This document shows, piece by piece, positions 53,701 to 55,493 of a stretch of 55,493 nucleotides of DNA (position 1 is the stretch's first letter; every line of letters begins with the position of its first letter). Under the pieces are notes generated by a model. It was given only the letters and a program-made list of their open reading frames with translations, was not told the DNA's origin and did no database searches. The DNA comes from a virus (lineage: Duplodnaviria; Caudoviricetes). The translations under genes were made by a program, and so were the position numbers. The stretch lies in IMG/VR virus record IMGVR_UViG_3300032266_000647, positions 1-55,493 of that record. One strand, given 5' to 3'.

Positions 53701-55254
53701 GCGGGCCGCTACCTGCCGGGGCCGATCTGGAACGATCTGCGCCAGGTCGTCAACGGGCAATTCAAGCCGCTGGGCGAGACGTACTCGAAGATCCTGAGCG
53801 CCTGGAAGACTTCCAAGACCGCGCTGTCGCCGGCCGTCCACATGAACAACGTCATGAGCAACTTCGTGATGGCGGATTGGCACGACGTAGGTGCGACGCA
53901 CATTGCGAAGGCGCTGCGGATCCTGCTGGCGGCCAACGAGGGCAAGGGCGCGGGCGTGCTGGCCGCGGCGGGCCGCGCAGCCGGCCGGGCGGGCATTGCC
54001 GACCGTGATGCCGCGCAAGCGATCGTCAACCGCTACAAGGACAGCGGCGGCGACATCGGCGCCTGGGCGACGCAAGAGATCTCGCGCGACCAGCTCGATC
54101 CGCTGCTGGCGTCGCTGGAGGCCGAGCTGGCGGTCAGCGCCGGCCAGTCGGTGCAGGCTCAGGTGGGCGTGATGTCCGCGCTCCAGCACGCGCTGATGCT
54201 GCGCTTCCCGTCGGCCTGGGAAGCGTTCAAGGGGTCGAAGCCTGGCAAGGTGGTGGTCAACGAGGCGACCTCGATGATCGACCTGTATCAATCCGAGGAC
54301 GACGTGTTCCGGCTGGCGGCGTGGCTGAAAGCGAAGGAGGAGGGCCGCAACGACCTGGAGGCCGGCAAGGTGTCGCGCAAGTCGTTCCTGGACTACCACG
54401 TCAACGCGCCGTGGATTCAGGCGATGCGCCAGACGGGTTGGCCGTTCATCGCCTTCACGTACCGGGCCGTGCCGATGTTCCTGCACACGCTGGGCAACAA
54501 GCCGCACAAGGTCTTTAAGCTGATGGCCGTGGCTGGCGCGCTCAACGCCCTGGGCGGGCTGCTGGCCGGCGGGGGCGACGACGAGCGCGCACTGCTGCCG
54601 GAGGAGAAGGCCGGTCGGATTTGGGGCATGGTGCCGAAGCTGATCCGGATGCCGTGGAACGACGCCAACGGCTCGCCGGTGTACCTGGACATCCGCCGGT
54701 TCATCCCGGTGGGCGACGTGCTGGACGTGGGGCAGGGGCACTCGGCAATCCCGGTGCTGCCTGGCCTGCAACCGGGCGGCCCGCTGGCGCTGATTGCCGA
54801 GCTGGTGGTCAACCGCTCGATGTTCACCGGCAAGGCAATCACGCTCGAGACCGACACGGCGACCGAGAAGGCCGGCAAGGTGATCGACTACCTCTACAAA
54901 GCCTTCGCGCCGAACCTGCTGGGTTTGCCCGGCACCTACGCGACGACAGCGACGTTCGATTCGGCGCAAGGAAAGACCGATGCCTTTGGCCGCGAGCAGT
55001 CGGTCGCCCAGGCGGTCGCCTCATCGTTCGGCATCAAGGTCGGCAGCTACCCGGCCGACGTGCTGCGTCTGAATCTCCAGCGCAAGGCCCAGTCCGAGAT
55101 CATGGAGATCGACCGCGTGATTACCGGCCTGAAGCGCCAGCATCAGACCAACAGGATCGACGCCGACGAGCTGGCCGAGAAAGTGCGCGACCAGCAGGTG
55201 AAGAAGACGAAGGTGATGAAGGAGCTGAACGACAAGCTGAACGCCGCGCGGTGA
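38713..55254 (+). CDS. Giant polyvalent DarB-like internal virion protein: DdrB-like ParB, ParB-like, Zeta-like P-loop kinase, N6-adenine MTase, SNF2 helicase, JAB/RadC, HExxH peptidase, MuF-C-like nuclease, ADP-ribosyltransferase-like and C-terminal LPD-type region
   Basis: LQPRDR/VESGNAR ~40500-40660; ILDGHHQW ~41935; GGGASGKGT 42790-42816; LEPGAGIG ~44482; GNPPF ~44677; HAVGSGKT ~46552; VDEAH ~47053; QREGRIVRQGN ~48151; HNHPSG 49633-49650; HEAAH 50512-50526; LGRSP..KH..P..SIY 51205-51560; FRKWFGDSKVVD...YHGT 52003-52074. Confidence 0.92.
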   Translation: MSKLEDFLDGKLPSAGSSQIEDFLAGRPIKPTKPAAPSSGATAGDWLHAGSQAVGEGILAAQGGIGTFIQAPGAYLESALQGGAAALNRGVSKLTGGIVPIDEDVQKTARDFSRMAAATRKENVAAEDGTWLNPATTAARMGLGLQLDANQRISQIEAENRERNPELVRQQQAISDAEGFVGTLSALKDNPLGFGYTLARSAPDMIAGLGIARGAASATMREGAVAAEKAAASVAAAGGSAAAQKAAADAAMQQAQRSAVGSASVAGTAAEGVSSSYNGREGVYREVMNLPEKTLETAPRFREVLAEAGGDRARAREILANELADQATLLSGASTMAGSMLTRRLFKGDTTAEAVAGVKPLTLRQVGRNVLEEGFEEGAQGLGEDAAQFVAASQADPSKKFDVGGTLAQNIAAGAVMGAGGTGGKYAYERARDLSQPTPPGAAPTPTSAPDISPTAPAAPPAAAAPPAAPMATAGADDEAARKLMAPVNMTALDRVPEIDTEAGQLTARLAELNDPAGTYGQMFDQERAEIASRRTALQQERDAITAGWPKATPGAPASFSTETGARLAGQYALMDADELTTSHDVNLREDPRYPKDLQPRDRTRAASEIQVSGIVSKLDPARLGVSADSANGAPIVGADGLVESGNARTIALKRVYQANGQKAEDYKAFLRANASQFGLTPEAVDGMAKPVLVRVRQTPVNRAEFARQANVTTVQRMSPSEQALSDAKRLTTLEGLNPDDEGNFTSSSDFIRQFMSILPATEQSDMLEADGKLSTAGYRRIQNAVLAKAYGDSPTLRRMTESLDDNLRNVSKALVRVAPMIADARERMGVGTLHQADIAPDLVSAVEGLSALKDKGWRVADELAQGDLTGPKYSAEAGELLTFLSDNIRSPRRMAEFVQRYYEALAASGDPSQASMFGDAPAPSRMSLIEQARGGINAGQADRGGAQAAAPGGQQSEGAQRGGDGARGDAGGSTGDTRLSRAANRGAEDADWVAFPESSGTLGIPRAQMPQVKVSDRLELLRWLGERGITNERAEVAADTLRPTQAEFSPAKVARWNNSGSGDRSVLVSSDGYILDGHHQWLAARAADEPVSVVRLDAPIRGLLDAVNKFPKTQRSPGANVIDLAQLRAAAAQDFNDALADLAAIASTNTRAALMPEDTPNLMPTLVKLFGAAIRMVGTDLKRATRWVKDQLKADPQFKKVWNRIADETYRKAAMQALEGMDAPAQGGLFDSPAVATQAVQGGLFDAVPEQPAKAADGKRATVVARTLEKAPAVATIVIDGQTHDLDAPDFGADPWPRTLPDDSPLLRETNNLADDSDVTYGGETMTRAQMRARIVDAHFEGLRPAPASRKPIVYIMGGGGASGKGTIKKRLIAEGRMDASGAVNLDPDEIKVEHIPEYKQIVAAGDSRAAAVVHEESSGIAATVRSRAIVDRFDLVLDVTLGDQGKGEKLLRTLKDAGYEVRLYGVTTNPLVSIVRAIKRAKGSGRYVPINHLLQAHKGFNAAFESYAAIADEALLFENSGESPQMLASASAGVALKTENGYNIVAERSKLNERAKTLRDVSRGEEQGARRDESGRGNGVPGGDRGAGQRADGQGQEDPGRAGDAGLLQRGRRLGGEPDGARGAGQGTQGSEQGGVNANAQPGQSGNQGQGAGPVSATQRKRRAESVRNGSRGRDQRAGGDADAGTADQGGLGQARPDGVRGQNENGNEPEQRAGAGADAGVPAGRDIPVKSGRNYRFGPDDLTYAGTWLQKATANVEAVELLKALEKEGRQATREEQQKLAQFIGWGASEIANSIFGDKIKKKEAAVRAWQRVLAARAEGLTRLDRRANDYWTIAQPLIEAKSMRYGDDLYLTDLTASKFNVSGSDVKYLELRDRLAGALTKEEFAEASRSTQYAHYTSRAIVRAMWAAMERMGFKGGTVLEPGAGIGIFQGLMPEAIAANSAYTGIEFDSVTGGILKQLMPDERILVESFVDSRLPKGFYDVAIGNPPFSGTKILGDPEYAKRAFSLHDYFFAKSIDRVKPGGLVMYVTSRYTMDKLDDKARAYLNERADLVGAIRLPQTAFQENAGTEVVTDVIFLRKKVAGETWDGGQAWAKSVPMTVGGASFPINEYFHAHPDMVLGSHSDTGKMHATAEPQYTVIPRKGDIEAHFAAAVATLPEGIYKAARGSAAEAAKVREIDFNPKAKKEGNYYVTDAGVLMVREGGVGQRVELRNPKDVELIKDFVPLRDALKQAHYDQLNNLDWRTSLTALGTAYEKFVKKHGQVNQFTLRVKKTQEVDPDTGEKFVDESMVRNFTLLSKLKDDPDVTLVAALEEINDDTGQIKPSAFLSERVLGKPADARVNSPMDALLSSLNDIGHVDIDLIAQRVGLAPAETIAELGTAIYDDPEAGWVMADEYMSGNVKRKLNLARESAKSDKRYERNVIALEAVQPAARQPSQINIGLGMNWIPGEVYADFVRELAGVRATVAWNQATKQWIVTEQAGGSTLRATADWGTNRRNITELLEHGLTGRPIQITEKTSDGKTITATAAIEAANLKLEAIKERFKAWVWENPERTDKLVKLFNDQFNTTVPRSFDGRHLTLPGTSKTFDVFPHVKRGAWRIIQKGNTYLAHAVGSGKTFQMVISAMEQKRLGLIKKPMVVVPNHMLQQFAHEWQMLYPAARLMVADENNFHTDNRRRFVSRVALSDLDGVVITHSAFKLLDLDPAFKRGAIEQQLEVMRASLEQAEEADGKGGRKSPRIKQIEKQIENMEQKLEEAMSSEGKDRNVRFDELGVDFLYVDEAHAYRKLDFITTRQVKGLSPAGSAMSFDLWMKARYLDEKKPGRSLVMASGTPVTNTLAELYTVQKFMAPQTLEDRNISDFDSWAAMFGRERTELEPNAAGKYEPVTRFSKFVNVPELIQSFRDFADVLTADNLAALLGDARPKVEGGQRQMIVTPKTDEYKVYQRELAQRVKISKAWKPSKDQPNNPDPMIRIIGDGRLAAIDMRFVDPKAERDPDSKLNKMIDDVIRVFKETADMEFRGPDKKGPDGKKIKGSGDIEPNKGAAMMVFSDLGFGAGVTESRGFNARAWFTKRLRDAGVPADQVAFMSDYKKSADKLKLFKDVNAGRVRILIGSSKNMGTGVNAQQRLKALFHLDSPWFPADLEQREGRIVRQGNKNLLVQIFAYATKGTYDENMWKMLATKQYFIDQAMSGDDNLREIEDLDSQSQFDIAAGLVAEDPRILQLAGVRAEIDKLNRLYQAHEDQRARFRQQYQMAQMVVESTERRLPEAVQAAEKVVDLSGDKFRAKAMGRSFDERAKWGESLIAALKDLTAKVETKKTKVGEISGFPVYFIGENVAGTYSGRIVLDVPSPATLVLSTETDLFSAMGLAMRAQNAVADVGRQPARMRERMVESRAQMDAVATRLEAVFPMAGMLADKRKEATELEAAIEADSKERDFWVERKDTRTGHTVKATSAADAIERAVKTNGGTPDDWTAIEGGKPEIRLSRRGMVAAEPGAAYNAGYENDLFGNPVQAPPVELARAKRPGAAGNRDVQPAPAVLGDTQAPAGDYYVRTVVGKVSDRKLGAPRILNAEDAAQATAYLYKSAVERFDAIVTDKDGKPLAVVGGFRGALTQTSVYPATVMGEAIRVPGAAKIWFSHNHPSGLAVLSRADEMLYQAMADVFNGSGIEPMGILVVAGRRYEAAFSNGDRVSGGVKAPDAAGATVPVIERNLEDNRDDAARLGSQISSPQTAKKTAKTMYDGAKAPGLMLLDAQNVPAAWVPLPTNTLGRLRNTGGLAALYRAVSESNAGAAIIVHAGEMDAPVEQNIAAALNKLDVRTLDAINVKTGKSAAESGLHLGQGPVLSRGTAPSAGGMDIKALQAVRDRVAAKMPNMPRVHVLADPGKAPKALREYIIRQDAWGDVEGAMHNGELYLFASGLSDALRAEHVLAEHEAAHVGLRAVLGDKLGTAMNLIYAQNPKVRAAVSDLQRRGKLSRAEAVEEAIVDIPSAELAKLAGWRQVVVMARDWLADHGFTRMAQKLTDWLDGSLSDIERADLFVAELVRAARDYVAGQRAGRPASVPSDIRLSTTLADDIDKQERWLQSEARARGFKDIEDLLAKDYPLFEKLAALWRKKNPAESLLSRNFGLPLVSAQSELDAAIAEAGAQLQSAMDAKRAGQRVVLGRSPHVLSMVASASMGNPRPMMIEPQLLNKIVAPPGTRVSEDAGKHYGDLAGVSGEELARAMYRPAAVIEDTSQQGNLMIVTNILTPSGPIVVFVDVNARALVNGLETPVVMAKSIYARRGAQIADWINGKTPDRVTHYIDQAQIGESVTGRPNPENANPAFKGRGSVPALGTLNASRLNAVSATFPISDNANVPGFGSAVNSNYRGLATIEAGLQKLLTGRGLKPGLRPAKTYQHLLAWIGKHYKGDVADRPMFSRAPAVSSEAFRKWFGDSKVVDAEGKPLVVYHGTGATFNAFSLDKAKDGAHWFTPNEQHAGSFGANIKTVYLRIENPLEISQDDLDAEWDKAHPDGEQDDRNLLPRDFVEVFVKRARAQGKDGLIIRDMGDRDIQSDMYLPLRPEQIKSAIGNDGTFDPTNPDIRMSRAPAAPARKTAAERADEIISRPAGSRAPLDAMARGLARVTGIDRLTGAIYRRAGYLLDRYTPEQVKAGVISDYGVPEAVIDQRAMLQGRQRVQLRKAGQLVEKLSTLTRAESRVAYEWMNMTGDEDPSAYVSMMQGLPEESVKVLQDVQKMIDQLSQEAVALGQLDPDTFKRNRFAYLRRSYAKHVLEQTAGEKAKRQRVISILGDQYRGRGISESAAMKQMRAIAPAWWNRKLVAGKADTALKGEKFVRLERRAATGAGTAPLPGVQSQRPQGKLLEVAYWPAADVANMPAKYRTEWAQAGTFEVRDVKGENVILWRDYTKDERESMGEIDEARFAIARTLHGMIHDVEVGRYLDWLARTQAKLEGQSIPGTVVEASERYRDTFKPDEWVKVPDTKIPGTSVPKYGKLAGRYLPGPIWNDLRQVVNGQFKPLGETYSKILSAWKTSKTALSPAVHMNNVMSNFVMADWHDVGATHIAKALRILLAANEGKGAGVLAAAGRAAGRAGIADRDAAQAIVNRYKDSGGDIGAWATQEISRDQLDPLLASLEAELAVSAGQSVQAQVGVMSALQHALMLRFPSAWEAFKGSKPGKVVVNEATSMIDLYQSEDDVFRLAAWLKAKEEGRNDLEAGKVSRKSFLDYHVNAPWIQAMRQTGWPFIAFTYRAVPMFLHTLGNKPHKVFKLMAVAGALNALGGLLAGGGDDERALLPEEKAGRIWGMVPKLIRMPWNDANGSPVYLDIRRFIPVGDVLDVGQGHSAIPVLPGLQPGGPLALIAELVVNRSMFTGKAITLETDTATEKAGKVIDYLYKAFAPNLLGLPGTYATTATFDSAQGKTDAFGREQSVAQAVASSFGIKVGSYPADVLRLNLQRKAQSEIMEIDRVITGLKRQHQTNRIDADELAEKVRDQQVKKTKVMKELNDKLNAAR
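41525..41695 (+). CDS. Nested +1-frame ORF (56 aa) within the giant gene
   Basis: GAGGAGG SD at 41513-41519; G/C third-position bias moves to this frame while the giant frame becomes low-complexity G/A/R/Q. Confidence 0.6.
   Translation: MQDKQIEAVRKLLRQVDSNPKVRNAVAMALAAMPEAAPETPDSAAPPIAAPKMPTG
43319..43347 (+). promoter_or_regulatory. Intragenic sigma70 promoter with repressor-type operator
   Basis: TTGCAC-17-TACAAT; operator AAACCGAAAACGGATA 43328-43343, 15 nt identical to 9429-9443. Confidence 0.8.
43373..43627 (+). CDS. Nested +1-frame ORF (84 aa, helical); candidate Zeta antitoxin
   Basis: AAAGGAG SD at 43358-43364; codon bias in this frame; own promoter. Confidence 0.8.
   Translation: MNVRKLCAMSAVERNKALAAMSLAEAMEYQAGIEALANELMDKAKKTPAEREMLDFCNEDGAWEANRTVREARAKERKAASKAA
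43628..43948 (+). CDS. Nested +1-frame ORF (106 aa), TnpV-like
   Basis: TAA-ATG coupled to the previous ORF; AIKDKAPALYRQLSASGELNQY...ELVLAQML resembles the TnpV pattern. Confidence 0.75.
   Translation: MQTHNLVKAAIKDKAPALYRQLSASGELNQYATDLADEINAQVVTLTQEQRTREGWDKLGPMACAARMKTAMSLNNELVLAQMLEFPQDETSPSSPDATTDSAPMT
49226..49429 (+). CDS. Possible nested +1-frame ORF (67 aa)
   Basis: TACAAT 49213-49218 then ATG 7 nt later; local shift in codon bias. Confidence 0.4.
   Translation: MKTTFSATRYKPRPSSLHAQSDLVPPETGTFSPRPPYLAIRKPQPATTTSEPSSEKSATENSAPPGS
51674..51706 (-). terminator. Intrinsic terminator of the antisense RNA
   Basis: Minus strand AACCCCGCC-CCTTAAA-GGCGGGGTT-TGCGTTTT. Confidence 0.7.
51674..51777 (-). 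ncRNA. Putative ~100-nt antisense small RNA inside the giant gene
   Basis: Bounded by a consensus promoter and a terminator; no ORF on this strand. Confidence 0.65.
51784..51812 (-). promoter_or_regulatory. Antisense intragenic promoter with operator
   Basis: TTGACA(51812-51807)-17-TACATT(51789-51784); operator TACCCGGATTCGGATC 51788-51803, 15/16 identical to 9406-9421. Confidence 0.8.
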
Positions 55255-55276
55255 CGCTGGTATTCTGGATTCAGCT

Positions 55277-55306
55277 TGTCCCCAGCCTGACCCCAGGCGG
55301 GGACAA
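55277..55306. repeat. Probable integrase arm-type sites of attP
   Basis: TGTCCCAGCCTGACCCCAG resembles TGTCCCCACCCTGACCCCAG at 101-120 on the other side of the core; inverted GGGGACA follows. Confidence 0.55.
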
Positions 55307-55370
55307 TTCGGGGGTGATCCGGGCCGGCGCTGAGAGGGAAAGCCTACATGCGACCCACGGGGGCACCTGA

Positions 55371-55493
55371 CTTGAAAACCGGCGACGGGCAACCGTCCGT
55401 GAGTTCGAATCTCACCGCCTCCGCCATAGGGAAAACGGGCCTACGCGGCTCGTTTTCCCGCCCCGCGCTTTGTCCCCACCCTGACCCCAGCCA
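55371..55493. repeat. Terminal direct repeat, right copy
   Basis: Identical to 1-123. Confidence 0.95.

Noticed and set aside
38824-54969. Very long antisense ORFs (1614, 1707 and 875 aa)
   Set aside because: Codon-aligned shadows of a GC-rich gene; Arg/Leu/His-rich with no motifs. The same applies to 6116-7936, 15851-17638, 18226-20145, 28648-30429 and 37003-38769
55371-55493. Biological terminal repeat or attL/attR pair
   Set aside because: It includes the int 3' end identically at both contig ends, so assembly overlap is the simplest explanation

Overview
The window is a complete, apparently circular ~55.37 kb temperate phage genome: bases 1-123 are repeated exactly at 55371-55493. It is very GC-rich, and the host is probably a proteobacterium. 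The architecture is podovirus-like, with an N4-gp56-type major capsid, P22-type portal, no tape measure and ejection proteins. The contig junction is attP, carrying the 3' part of tRNA-Ser(TGA) next to a tyrosine integrase. The order is int/xis, a leftward early operon (Dam-type MTase, SSB, Gp49-family, DUF2303, YqaJ/RecT), a cI/cro switch, replication, packaging, lysis, head, tail, ejection proteins and a 5513-aa DarB-like polyvalent protein. The most unusual features are four. (1) An integron-type cassette array (1309-2850) with two canonical 57-bp attC sites and no IntI; its three genes, one a phage-type MTase, run opposite to attC polarity. (2) Inside the giant gene, a sigma70 promoter carrying the same operator as the cI/cro switch drives a +1-frame nested two-gene operon just after the Zeta domain. 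A second operator-bearing promoter drives an antisense ~100-nt RNA just after the MuF-C domain. (3) A CsrA-like gene lies directly upstream of a capsid leader with GGA hairpins. (4) A 19-bp late-promoter motif occurs five times. All family assignments come from motif recognition by eye; no searches were run.
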